From assembly GCA_000092065.1 (NCBI GenBank), contig CP000581.1: DNA of 64,000 bases; one strand, 5' to 3'. Both the position numbers and the translations under genes were made by a program. The notes beneath the pieces were generated by a model. The model did not search any database, had not been told where the DNA came from, and saw only the letters and a list, made by a program, of their open reading frames with translations. Source of the DNA: Ostreococcus lucimarinus. Lineage: Eukaryota. Numbering within the stretch: position 1 is the stretch's first letter; each line of letters starts with the position of its first letter. Of the stretch, positions 38,632 to 47,802 are shown in pieces.

Positions 38632-40701
38632 CTATTGCTCGTCCGAACTAAAGATTTGCTCCCTTGCCTTTTCGTATCCGCGGTTTCCGTGGTTTCCGTG
38701 GAACACTTTGTTGAACACTTTTCTCCACGCGCCACCTTGTTGCAATTCTTCGGTCGTCGCCGGTTGCAATCCACGACGCTCGGATTGCTTCCGCCCTAAC
38801 GCAGCCTCGCGCGGGATCCCAGAACCAGAAGCTTCGTTTTGCATCTCCGCAGCTTCAACGACTTTCGCGACGTTTTCGTGGCGAATGTTGTGCCCATCCT
38901 CCTCCGAGTCTTCGTCGATGGCGTCGTACGCATCGTTGACCTCTTCTTCGACACCTAATTTCGGAATCGAGCGTCTAAGTTTTTCGTGCGTCTTTTCATT
39001 GTGACCTTTAACCTTCGACAGGTACTTTGCCGCTGCGGCTTCAGACATTTTGCCAACCTTCGCGCCAGATATGTCGGATGAGCGAGACTCAGTGTGCGTC
39101 GATGCCTTCACCGTTGGCTCCGGCGCGTCGTTCCAGTCCAAAGACTTTGATTTCGTCGATGCCTTCTTGTTCGTTGACGCCGACGATGACGAGTGTGCCG
39201 CAGTCTTTTTCGATTTTTCCGGTTCGTCCGACCAATCATCGTCGCTCAACGCGCTCGCCTTCTTCGACTTGTGCGGTGACTGCTTTGATGTCGACGGCGG
39301 CGCGTCGGACCAATCATCGTCGCTCAACCTGGACGCCTTCGCCGACGGTTTCTTCTTAGTTTCCGTAGCTCGATCGCGCTTTCTATGCTCGACGTGTTTA
39401 CTCGCGTCTTTTGACGTCACTTGCAGCGAAGACATCAAGTCATCCATGTCCACATTCTCCTCCTCGTGCTTACCAGTCTTCGCGGATCGACTCGGATACG
39501 CGTGCGTGCCATCCGTCGCGGGATAGTTGGAAATGTCAATGTTCGTGTCAACCGTAAGCCCGTCCAAACGCCCGCTCCCGCCTCGAGGCGTCAGTCCACG
39601 CCCATATTTAAAGTCGTCGATCGTATCTTGATCGTATTCCCCCAAATCTAGCAAATCCTTCTGCTTGTAAAACACGTTGACGTCGTTGGCGTCGTTTTCA
39701 TCCACGTCGTGAATGTGGTGCGGGTATTGCTTAAGCTTGCCACTTCCGCGCGAAGATCTCTCGTCGCGTGAGCCGCTACCGCGTGCTCGCGTCATCAAGC
39801 GATCGAGGTGTGATTGCACGCGCTCCTTGAGCGACGAGGGCTTCTTCTTTCGGTTGAAGCTCAACTCGTTGAACACCATCGAGTCCAACTTGTTCGACTT
39901 CTTCGACGACGCGTGAGACGATTTCAAACGCGAATCATCAGCCTCGGAGCGTTTAACAGTCGACTTCATGGTTGACTTCTTGGTCGGCTTCTCGACATGT
40001 TTGACGTGTGTTTCTTTACCTTTCGAACTCGACTCTTTGTCATGCGAGTTGTGTTCGACGGTCTTCGCCTTGGGTTCGTCTCGCACCCACGATTTCCCCG
40101 TTTTGTGCTTCTCCGCATGGTCGGCGTCAACCATCAAGTCCGCCAGCGAAATGTCATCACTCGGTTTACTGGTTTTCCCCAGATCTGGTGCGTCCTCGTA
40201 TTGCTTCTCGATGCTCCCTTGCTTGACCAAATTAACTATATCACCCACGAAATCACCGACGAAATCCGCATTCTTCGGCGCCACCACTGTCGCCGCCGGC
40301 AGCGCCGCGGGCGTTTGTAAGCGCGCGGGCGCGACTGGCACCGGCGAAGGCACAGCCGCCTGCGACGTCCCTATCGCGGCGCTGGCGCGATGGTTGATCA
40401 GCGATACGCGGTGCTGCCCAAAGTGAGGATCGTACGCAATCTCCGGCTGCGTCACTTGATCGTACTCTTGCGCCCAACGCTTGGCCAACCCGCCCGTGCG
40501 GTCGGGGTGCACCTCGCGCACGACGTCCGATTGGAACGACCCGAAATCCAACTTCCGCACATCCAGCGCGTTGTTACGTATCAATTCGCTCGTCCAATCA
40601 CCACCGGCGCTCCCAAGTCTCGCGACGCCGCGCGGCGAAGCAGACGTCGTCGTCGCGCCCGCCGCGCAGATCACCATCGCGCCCAGCGTCACCGCCGCCA
40701 T
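38632..40701 (-). CDS. Secreted, low-complexity K/S/D/E-rich protein (689 aa) with three DDDWSD-type repeats. Likely intrinsically disordered.
   Basis: ATG at 40699-40701 gives MAAVTLGAMVICAAGATTTSASP (signal peptide). The remainder is hydrophilic, with repeats LSDDDWSDAPPSTSKQSPHKSKKAS / LSDDDWSDEPEKSKKTAAHSS / SLDWNDAPEPTVKAS. The 5' 1.1 kb of track ORF 38632..41793 is antisense to the DUF1365 gene region and is discarded. Low-GC codon usage. Confidence 0.5.
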   Translation of the reverse strand: MAAVTLGAMVICAAGATTTSASPRGVARLGSAGGDWTSELIRNNALDVRKLDFGSFQSDVVREVHPDRTGGLAKRWAQEYDQVTQPEIAYDPHFGQHRVSLINHRASAAIGTSQAAVPSPVPVAPARLQTPAALPAATVVAPKNADFVGDFVGDIVNLVKQGSIEKQYEDAPDLGKTSKPSDDISLADLMVDADHAEKHKTGKSWVRDEPKAKTVEHNSHDKESSSKGKETHVKHVEKPTKKSTMKSTVKRSEADDSRLKSSHASSKKSNKLDSMVFNELSFNRKKKPSSLKERVQSHLDRLMTRARGSGSRDERSSRGSGKLKQYPHHIHDVDENDANDVNVFYKQKDLLDLGEYDQDTIDDFKYGRGLTPRGGSGRLDGLTVDTNIDISNYPATDGTHAYPSRSAKTGKHEEENVDMDDLMSSLQVTSKDASKHVEHRKRDRATETKKKPSAKASRLSDDDWSDAPPSTSKQSPHKSKKASALSDDDWSDEPEKSKKTAAHSSSSASTNKKASTKSKSLDWNDAPEPTVKASTHTESRSSDISGAKVGKMSEAAAAKYLSKVKGHNEKTHEKLRRSIPKLGVEEEVNDAYDAIDEDSEEDGHNIRHENVAKVVEAAEMQNEASGSGIPREAALGRKQSERRGLQPATTEELQQGGAWRKVFNKVFHGNHGNRGYEKAREQIFSSDEQ

Positions 40702-41178
40702 CGTCCGCACCCGCCGCGTCCGTCCCTCGCACACCTCTTCGCGCTCGCACGCGCCGACGATCGCATCCGCGCGTCGCTTCGCCCGTTCGTACGCGTCCCC
40801 GACCGCGCGCGCGACGTCGCGCGCGCGCGTCCCGGCGCCATCGCGTCGGCCCCGTCGTCCGCTTCCCGACGCCGTCTCCACGTCGCGCGCGCGCTCCGGA
40901 AGCAACGGCGCGCGATCGTCCATCGCCATAGTCACCGCGTCGACGTTCGCGAGTCGACGCGCGCGTCGGCGCGCGCTCGCGGCGTCGCGGCGTCGCGTTC
41001 TGCGGCGCCCCGAGGTTGGGTGTTGAGCGCGGATGTTGGGCTCGAGCCGACCGGCCGCACTCTCGAGCGCCGCCCGCGCGCGTCGGCGCGTCGCGCGTCG
41101 GCGCGCGCGCCGCGAATCGCGCGCGAGAGTTACGATTCGAGCCATCGCGGGCGCGGGCGCCGACGCGACGCGCGCGCG

Positions 41179-42096
41179 ATGGCGCTGCAGATCGCGGCGC
41201 AGGTGTTGGATTTGCTCTTGCGAGCGCTCGGCGCCGCCGCCGTCGCGGTTTGCGGCGTCGCGCTCGCGGCGTTGAGCCCGATGACGTGGTTGGGGATCGA
41301 CGATGGCGACGGAGCGCGGTTCTACGTCGGTGAAGTCGCGCACGCGCGGCTGAAGCCGGTGAGAAGGGAGTTTAAGTACCCTCTGCGGTGCGCGGTGGTC
41401 GACTTGGACGCGCCGCCGCGATGGTTCGCGGCGAGCGGGCAGGCGCGCGATCACCTGACGGCGGATGAAGCGCGCGAACGCGTGGGGTTGACGGGTGCGG
41501 TGGAGCTGTTGACGTCGCCGAAGTCGTTCGGGTACGCCCAGAATCCAATCTCGGTGTATTACTGTCGGGACGACGCGGGCGAGCTGCGCGCGGCGCTCGC
41601 CGAGGTGACGAATACGCCGTGGAACGAACGCGTGGTGTTCGCGTTCGATCCGACGCCGGTGTCGAATGAAAACGAAGCCACGGTGCCGAAAGCGTTGCAC
41701 GTGTCGCCGTTCATGGACATGGAGGGCGAGTGGTACGTCTCGAGTACGGCGCCGGGGGACGACGTGACGCTGCGCGTCAACGTGTTGAACCATCCAAGAT
41801 ACGGTGATTACTTTTACGCCTCACTCAAGGCAAAATTGGACAAAGGTCGATACGTGAGGTGTCGAAACGAACGCGCGGGATTGGTTAACTTGCTCAAGCA
41901 CGGGTGCACGCCGCACAGGGTGGCGTATTGGATTTATGCGCAGGCGGTGGCGATTCTCTTAGCGGGCGTCTCGTTTTACGCGCCGCCCGGGTTGAGCAAC
42001 GTCGAGACGCGCGTTCGCGCCAAAGGCGATCGCGGAGGTATGTGCCCGATGCGCCCGACGTTCAGAGGCGCGCCGTATTGGCCATGGCGTACTTAG
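41179..42096 (+). CDS. DUF1365-family protein.
   Basis: Collinear with DUF1365: GEVAHARLKPVRREFKYPL.CAVVDLDAPP, DHLTADEARERVGLTG.VELLTSPKSFGYAQNPISVYYCRD, LAEVTNTPWNERVVF. The first ATG after the antisense region is MALQIAAQ at 41179. Confidence 0.6.
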   Translation: MALQIAAQVLDLLLRALGAAAVAVCGVALAALSPMTWLGIDDGDGARFYVGEVAHARLKPVRREFKYPLRCAVVDLDAPPRWFAASGQARDHLTADEARERVGLTGAVELLTSPKSFGYAQNPISVYYCRDDAGELRAALAEVTNTPWNERVVFAFDPTPVSNENEATVPKALHVSPFMDMEGEWYVSSTAPGDDVTLRVNVLNHPRYGDYFYASLKAKLDKGRYVRCRNERAGLVNLLKHGCTPHRVAYWIYAQAVAILLAGVSFYAPPGLSNVETRVRAKGDRGGMCPMRPTFRGAPYWPWRT

Positions 42097-42199
42097 CGAT
42101 AGCGCGTATTACAGCAACATAGATTGTAGCGGAAGAATTTGAAAGAATTTTACAAGAGTGTTTGTTTGTACAACGCGATCGCGCGATTTCGACGCGCGA

Positions 42200-43156
42200 T
42201 CACGGCATGTTACACGAGCACACTTCCATACCGAGGTACGTGAGGTGATCGGAGAGCGAAGCGTGCGTCCACTCGGAATCGCTACCGTTCGGATCTTCGC
42301 CGCTACCGTCGCCGACGACGTACTCGCCCTCGGCGTTTTGAAACACCTCCGTGGCGACGTGATGGTACCCGAGCAACCTGGGCGGTAGGCTCGGTACCGC
42401 ATCGTGCGCGTGCGTGAATCGATGCGTTCGATCACCGAGCTTTTCGTCGTAATAATCGGCAAAGCGCCAATCTCCCACGCGCGGCGACCCGAACGTCGTC
42501 ACGCGCGCGATTCGAAATCCGAGCGCCTCGAGCTCCACCGCCAAAAGCGTGCTCAGCGCCCCCCCCAGCGAATGTCCCGTGATCTCCACCTCAAAATGTC
42601 GCCACATCCCATCGTAATTCGTCCTCAGCTTGATCATGTGCGATATCAACCCCTTCCGCACGCTCTCGTACGCGTCTTGAAATCCGCTGTGCACTCTCCC
42701 GACGCCGTCCTTCGCCTTCGCCGTCGGCAGCGTCGAGTGCGCCGCGTCCAAATTCTCCACCCAATTATACAACGAGCTCGGTTCGGTCCCTCGAAACGCG
42801 ACCACGCCTCTCTTCAGCGTCCCATCGTACCCCGCGTACGCCCTGACGCGCTTGCGTTCGTGTTCAAACACGCCGACGTCCGCCAGCGTCGTCTTCGAGC
42901 TCGCGCAGTACGCGCACGTCCAGTTCTCCACCCCCGTTCGACAGTACGCCGCGCCCGCGAACCACAGCGCGCGCGTCGCGCCGCGCGCGTCGACGTCGTC
43001 GCGCGCGCGCGTCGTCTCGCGCGCGACCGCGACCGCGACCGTCGTCCCGGTGCGCGTCGCGACCGCCCTCGCGTCGCCCCGGCGCATTAGCAGCGCCCAC
43101 GCGCACGCGCGGACGACGCGCCGCAGTCGCGCGCGACGGGACGCGCGCCGGCGCAT
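42200..43156 (-). CDS. Class 3 (fungal-type) lipase / alpha-beta hydrolase, probably secreted.
   Basis: GHSLGGALSTLLAVEL (GxSxG nucleophile elbow). Upstream conserved blocks AFRGTEPSSLYNWVENLD and RVHSGFQDAY. Downstream HAHDAVPSLPP fits the catalytic Asp/His region. Start assigned to MRRRASRRARLRRVVRACAWALLM (about 43156). An alternative ATG is at 43084. Confidence 0.65.
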   Translation of the reverse strand: MRRRASRRARLRRVVRACAWALLMRRGDARAVATRTGTTVAVAVARETTRARDDVDARGATRALWFAGAAYCRTGVENWTCAYCASSKTTLADVGVFEHERKRVRAYAGYDGTLKRGVVAFRGTEPSSLYNWVENLDAAHSTLPTAKAKDGVGRVHSGFQDAYESVRKGLISHMIKLRTNYDGMWRHFEVEITGHSLGGALSTLLAVELEALGFRIARVTTFGSPRVGDWRFADYYDEKLGDRTHRFTHAHDAVPSLPPRLLGYHHVATEVFQNAEGEYVVGDGSGEDPNGSDSEWTHASLSDHLTYLGMEVCSCNMP

Positions 43157-43234
43157 CGCGCGCCGCGCGCCGCGCGCCGATGTGCGGCGACGCCGAACGC
43201 ATCGCCGACCGCCGACCGCACACGCGCGCGCGCC

Positions 43235-43750
43235 ATGGCGACGTCGCACCGCGACTACCACGACGCCGTGCGCGCGGCGCTCGAGGACGCCTTCGCGCTG
43301 CGCTCGGCGCCGTCGAAGAAGATGAGCGGCGAGAACCGCGCCGAGGTGGAGTACGCGGACGCGCCGAGCCTGCTGATGCCGAGCGCGGAGATCACGCGCG
43401 GATGCGCCGAGGACGGCGCGTGCCTGATCGAGCGCGCGGTGAACAGCGCGCGCGTGAGCGTGCGGGTGCGGCAGTGCGATGAACTGGAGGAAATCTTGGC
43501 GCGGGCGTTCTGTAAGTCGCTGGGGCGACGCGCGGACGCGTTCGAGGTGCTGCGGCGCGCGCCGGTGGAGGGATACGACGTGTCGTTTTTGGTGCTGCTG
43601 GCGCACGCGGAGCGAATGGAGGCGAAAGGGTTGGTCGATTTCGTGGTGACGTTCATGGAGGACGTGGATAAGGAGATCAGCGAGCAGAAGTTGAGCGTGA
43701 GCAGTCGGGGACGAACCGTGGCGGCGGCGTACTTGAGGCAATTCGCGTGA
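43235..43750 (+). CDS. ARPC4: Arp2/3 complex subunit 4 (ARPC4, p20).
   Basis: Near full-length collinearity with ARPC4: HRDYHDAVRAALEDAF, AEITRGCAEDGACLIERAVNSARVSVRVRQCDELEEILARAF, FEVLRRAPVEGYDVSFLVLLAHAERMEAKGLVDFVVTFMEDVDKEISEQKLSVSSRGRTVAAAYL. Confidence 0.85.
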   Translation: MATSHRDYHDAVRAALEDAFALRSAPSKKMSGENRAEVEYADAPSLLMPSAEITRGCAEDGACLIERAVNSARVSVRVRQCDELEEILARAFCKSLGRRADAFEVLRRAPVEGYDVSFLVLLAHAERMEAKGLVDFVVTFMEDVDKEISEQKLSVSSRGRTVAAAYLRQFA

Positions 43751-43863
43751 GCGAGCGGCGAGTCTAGGAATTTGTGTACATTACGACGGCGCGTATCTTA
43801 CCGTCTAACTATGATGTGTGTCCACGGCGCGCGAACGCTCGAGCGCGTCGTCTCAATCGAGTC

Positions 43864-45004
43864 TCAATCGAGTCTCAGAACGTTTTCGCAGCACAAGAAG
43901 ACGCGCGGCACGTCTTCGTTCACGGCGGAAGTGGTTTCGTCGACGCGCCCGGGCAGGTCGATCTCGCGCCACGGAGGGTACACGGCGACTCGACGACCGG
44001 GCTCGAGACTGAGCTCTTGCGCTTGCGTCGAGTTGAAAATCACGACGGCGCGCGCGTATTCGACGTCGGCGCCGTCCGTCTCATCGCTCGTCGCGCGGTG
44101 TAAATCGCAAATCGATCCCGCGCAATTCGTCAGCGACGCGTCGGGCCGCGACGCGTTCACGGTGAACAGCAGCGCGCCTCGCGACGACGGAGGTTGCGCG
44201 GCGCCGACGCGCTTCAAGAACTGCGCGTGCGACGCTCGAGCGTTTTGCAACACGCGTTGTAGGCGCGTCGTGAGCGAACCGGTGTTGCGCGAGCGGTTTC
44301 GCTGCGACGTCATCGACGCCCCCACGCTCGAACGCGGCGCGAACGTCGGCGAGGACATCTTCGGCAACATGGCCAACGCGCCCAGCCCACCCGGCGCGTT
44401 CGATTCCACGTTCTCCTGCCCCATCGCGCGCGGCGCCGCGTCCTCCTCCGCGCTCGACGCGCTCGCGGCGTCGTCGTCGATATCGTCCGCGGCGACGTCG
44501 TCCTCGACCTCCGGCGTCTCCTCGACGTCCCGCGCGCGTCGATCGCCTCGATTCGCCGTCACTCGCGCCGCGTTCGCCGCGACGCCCTCGCGCGCCACCG
44601 GTACCACCGCCGCCGCCGTCCCGCGCGCCGTCGTCCGCGTCAGCAGATTCAATCGTCCGAGCGTCCCTCCCGAGCCGTCCGCGCGCTTCGTCTTCGCGCG
44701 CTTCGCCCCGCGTCTCGGCGACGCCGCGCGCTTCGCCTTCGTCCGCGTCGTCGTCGCGCGCCGCGTCTCGTTCGCCGCGCGTCCCGCGCGCGCCGTCATC
44801 GCGCCCGTCTCGCCCCGCATCGCGCGCGCCGTCGCCGCCGCGCGCGTCTCGCTCACCCCCAGCGCCTCGGCGAGCACCGCCGCGTCGCGTCTCGCGCGCG
44901 GCGACGGCGTCGGTTCGCGCGACGCGCGCGCGTCCGTTCGCGGGCTTCGCCGCGGCGTCGACGGTCGTTCTCGGCGTCGTTCGTCGTCGTTCGCCGTCGT
45001 CGTC

Positions 45005-45054
<50 letters not shown>

Positions 45055-45216
45055 CCAATCGAATCCCACCGGCGCCTTCCTCGCGCTCGCGCTCGCGCCC
45101 GCGCGCGCGTCCGCGCGTCGCGCGCGCGTCGGCGTCGTCAGCGTCGACGGCGCCGCGCTCGTCGGGCGCGCGCCGTACCCGACGACCTCGTACTCGTCGT
45201 CGTCGTCGTCGTCCAT
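43864..45216 (-). CDS. Hypothetical acidic protein with a poly-Asp tract and a conserved-looking C-terminal region.
   Basis: The first ATG after the antisense region is MDDDDDDEYEVVGYG at 45214-45216. A D-tract of about 16 residues. The C-terminal 120 aa are non-repetitive (LLFTVNASRPDASLTNCAGSICDLHRATSDETDGADVEYARAVVIFNSTQAQELSLEPGRRVAVYPPWREIDLPGRVDE). Strand choice over the antisense track ORF 43772..45655 rests on sequence quality. Moderate confidence. Confidence 0.4.
45005..45055. repeat. (GTC)n / (GAC)n trinucleotide repeat, about 16 units, encoding poly-Asp on the minus strand.
   Basis: Direct reading of 44995-45060: uninterrupted cgtcgtcgt... run. Confidence 0.7.
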
Positions 45217-45276
45217 CGCGCGTCGCGCGATGGCGACTTCGCGACGCGCGCGCGGCGCGACGTCGCGCGGCGCGGC

Positions 45277-46659
45277 ATGGCGCGGCGCGCGGCGTTCGCG
45301 ACGCTCGCGTCGGCGTCCATCGCGCGACCGCGGCGCGGCGCGCGCGCGCGAGGGACGACCGGGACGCGCGCGACGACGGCGCGCGATGCCGACGGCCGCG
45401 ACCTCCGCGCGCCGCGCGCGGCGTACGTGCACCTGCCGTTCTGCCGCTCGAGGTGCTACTACTGCGACTTCGCGATCTCGGTCGTCGGACGCGCGGGCGA
45501 GACGCGGCCGGACGTCGACGCGGCGATGCGGCGGTACGGCGCGGCGACGCGCGCGGAGGTCGCGGCGACGGCGCGCGCGATGCGAGCGAACGGCGCGCTC
45601 GACGCGAGCGCGCCGCTGGAGACGGTGTTCTTCGGCGGTGGGACGCCGTCGTTGATGCCCGCGGACGAGATCAAGGCGATTCTGGGAAGCCTGCGGGAGG
45701 CGTTCGGGCTGGCGGCGGACGCCGAGGTGAGCGCGGAGATGGATCCGGGGACGTTCGACGAGGAAAAGTTGAGGGCGTTTCTCGCGGCGGGGGTGAACCG
45801 CGTGTCGCTGGGGGTGCAGAGTTTCGACGATGGAGTGCTGCAACGCGCGGGACGGTCGCACGACGCGCGAGCGGCGGAGGAGGCGATCGATACGCTTCGG
45901 CGGTGCGGGGTGCCGAGATGGAGCGCGGATTTGATCAGCGGCTTACCGGGCGTGGACGCGAAGACGTGGAGGACGTCGCTCGAGCGCGTGATCGAGGCGG
46001 GGGCCGATCACGTCTCGGTGTATGATTTACAAGTAGAGCGAGGGACGGCGTTTTATCGATGGTACGGGGAAAACGCGGGGAAAGACAAAAAGGAGGGGTT
46101 ACCGAGCGAAGACGCGAGCGCGGCGATGTTTCGAGACGCGAGCGCGACGCTGGGGGCGGCTGGGTACGAGCACTACGAGGTGAGCTCGTACGCGAAACCC
46201 GGCGCGCGGTGTAAACATAATCAAATTTATTGGGAAAACGCGGGATGGTACGGATTCGGGTTGAGCGCGACGTCGCACGTGAACGGCGAACGCGTCGCTC
46301 GCCCGCGCAAGATGAACGAGTACTACGCCTACGTCGAGGCGCTCGAACGCGGCGAAAACGTAGGCACGGTTTCTAGCGGCGGCGATGGCTCGGATGCGCT
46401 GTTCGAGCACATCATGTTGCGTCTACGAACGAGCGATGGGCTTGATCTCGGAAACGTCTCCCGCCGATTCGGCGACCACGTCGTCGAAGAGATTCGCGAG
46501 GCGATGGAACCTTTCGTACCAGAGTTCGTAGATTACACCGTCGCCGCTGATAGCTCGCCCGCGGCGCTGCGCTTGACCGATCCGGAGGGCTTCCTCGTCA
46601 GCACCGCAGTGCTTTCGACGTTGATTTCGAAGATGCCATCGCTCGAAGACGACGAGTAG
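45277..46659 (+). CDS. Radical SAM protein of the HemN/HemW family (oxygen-independent coproporphyrinogen-III-oxidase-like / heme chaperone HemW, RSAD1-like), with an organellar presequence.
   Basis: YVHLPFCRSRCYYCDF (CxxxCxxC radical SAM cluster motif). ETVFFGGGTPSL, GVNRVSLGVQSF. HemN C-terminal domain. Arg/Ala-rich N-terminus. Confidence 0.8.
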   Translation: MARRAAFATLASASIARPRRGARARGTTGTRATTARDADGRDLRAPRAAYVHLPFCRSRCYYCDFAISVVGRAGETRPDVDAAMRRYGAATRAEVAATARAMRANGALDASAPLETVFFGGGTPSLMPADEIKAILGSLREAFGLAADAEVSAEMDPGTFDEEKLRAFLAAGVNRVSLGVQSFDDGVLQRAGRSHDARAAEEAIDTLRRCGVPRWSADLISGLPGVDAKTWRTSLERVIEAGADHVSVYDLQVERGTAFYRWYGENAGKDKKEGLPSEDASAAMFRDASATLGAAGYEHYEVSSYAKPGARCKHNQIYWENAGWYGFGLSATSHVNGERVARPRKMNEYYAYVEALERGENVGTVSSGGDGSDALFEHIMLRLRTSDGLDLGNVSRRFGDHVVEEIREAMEPFVPEFVDYTVAADSSPAALRLTDPEGFLVSTAVLSTLISKMPSLEDDE

Positions 46660-46709
46660 ATTTTTGTGTAATTTTTACAAGGTTTTATTGTTTCGGCGCC
46701 GCGGCCCTA

Positions 46710-47477
46710 TCACTTCGCGACCTTCGGCGCCGGCGCACCCGGAAGCGGACCACCCGGTCGCTTCGGCGCGAACATGGGTGTCGGCTTGGGAAGCGGCTTC
46801 AAAGCGTCGCCGAAGCGTTCGGCGCGCGCCTTGAGTTTGGCTTCAAAGTCAGCCTTGTCCTTCGCCTTTTCCTCCGCAGTCTTTTCCTTCGGCGCCGCGG
46901 TCCCGTTCGCACCGTTCTCGGCGTTGTCCAAACCAAACTTCTTTTCAGCGCCGACGTTGCGAATGCGCGTCTTCTCTTGTTCGCTCAATGCGAACGGCAA
47001 CTTGAAGCGCTCGGCGCGTTCCTTTCTGCGTTCCAAATCCTTCACGAACGCTTCGTCCGCTTCCTTCTTCGCTTTTTCAGCCGCCGCCTTGCGTTCGGCC
47101 TCAGCCTTTTCGTAAGCCGCCTTCTTTTCCGCTCGGATCTTTTCTTGCTCCGCCTTGCGTTCCGCTTGCGCCTTTTTACGCTCCGCCTCCGTCGGCTTCG
47201 GCTTCGGCAAATCCTTCTTCGCCGCGCCCGCGGGCGTCTTCGCCTCCGCCGCCGGTTCCTTCTTTTCCAGCTCAGCCAGTTTCGCCGCATCTGCCGCCGA
47301 CACTTCCACGTCCGGAACGTCCTCGAGCTCGTCTTCGCCCTCGCCCGCGCCTTCGCCCGCGAGCGCCTCCTCGAGACGCTCGACGAGCTGCCCCTTCAAC
47401 CCGCTCGTGTCCAATCCTCGCTTCTCGAGCTCATCTCGAAGCTCCTGCGTCGACGCGTCGCCGATCACGCGGCGCAA
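46710..47477 (-). CDS. SARNP: SAP-domain ribonucleoprotein (SARNP/CIP29/Tho1-like).
   Basis: N-terminal SAP motif STQELRDELEKRGLDTSGLKGQLVERLEEAL. Lys/Ala/Glu-rich middle. C-terminal RAERF(K/G) repeats (RKERAERFKLPF, KARAERFGDAL), as in SARNP/Tho1. Confidence 0.6.
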   Translation of the reverse strand: MRRVIGDASTQELRDELEKRGLDTSGLKGQLVERLEEALAGEGAGEGEDELEDVPDVEVSAADAAKLAELEKKEPAAEAKTPAGAAKKDLPKPKPTEAERKKAQAERKAEQEKIRAEKKAAYEKAEAERKAAAEKAKKEADEAFVKDLERRKERAERFKLPFALSEQEKTRIRNVGAEKKFGLDNAENGANGTAAPKEKTAEEKAKDKADFEAKLKARAERFGDALKPLPKPTPMFAPKRPGGPLPGAPAPKVAK

Positions 47478-47802
47478 TCGTCAGTCATCGCGCGTTCATC
47501 GTCGCTCGAGAGCCGCTCGCGCGCGTCGCGACGTCGCGCGGCGTCGAAACGAACGCAATTATCCTCCATTTCAAATGCGATTCGAAATTAATCCATCGCG
47601 TCGCCTCTCGTCGCCCTCCGCGCCGCGCGCGCGCCGCGAGACCGCCCCCGCGCGCGTCCTTCGTCGCCCGCACCTGCACTTTCATCTTTTTCGCGTCCAC
47701 GTCGCTCATGTCGATCGCGTCGCGCTCGAGTGTGACGAATTCTCGGTCCCAGTCAGCACCTGGGACGCGCGATCGCGTCCCGTCACAGCGACGCGCGTCG
47801 TC

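Noticed and set aside
22360-47477. Apparent functional clustering: THOC7 plus SARNP (TREX), RAD50 plus NSE4 (SMC-related repair), MED4 plus TAF10 (transcription).
   Set aside because: The partners are 25-35 kb apart with many unrelated genes between them. At about 1 gene per 1.4 kb such co-occurrence is expected by chance. No operon-like arrangement.
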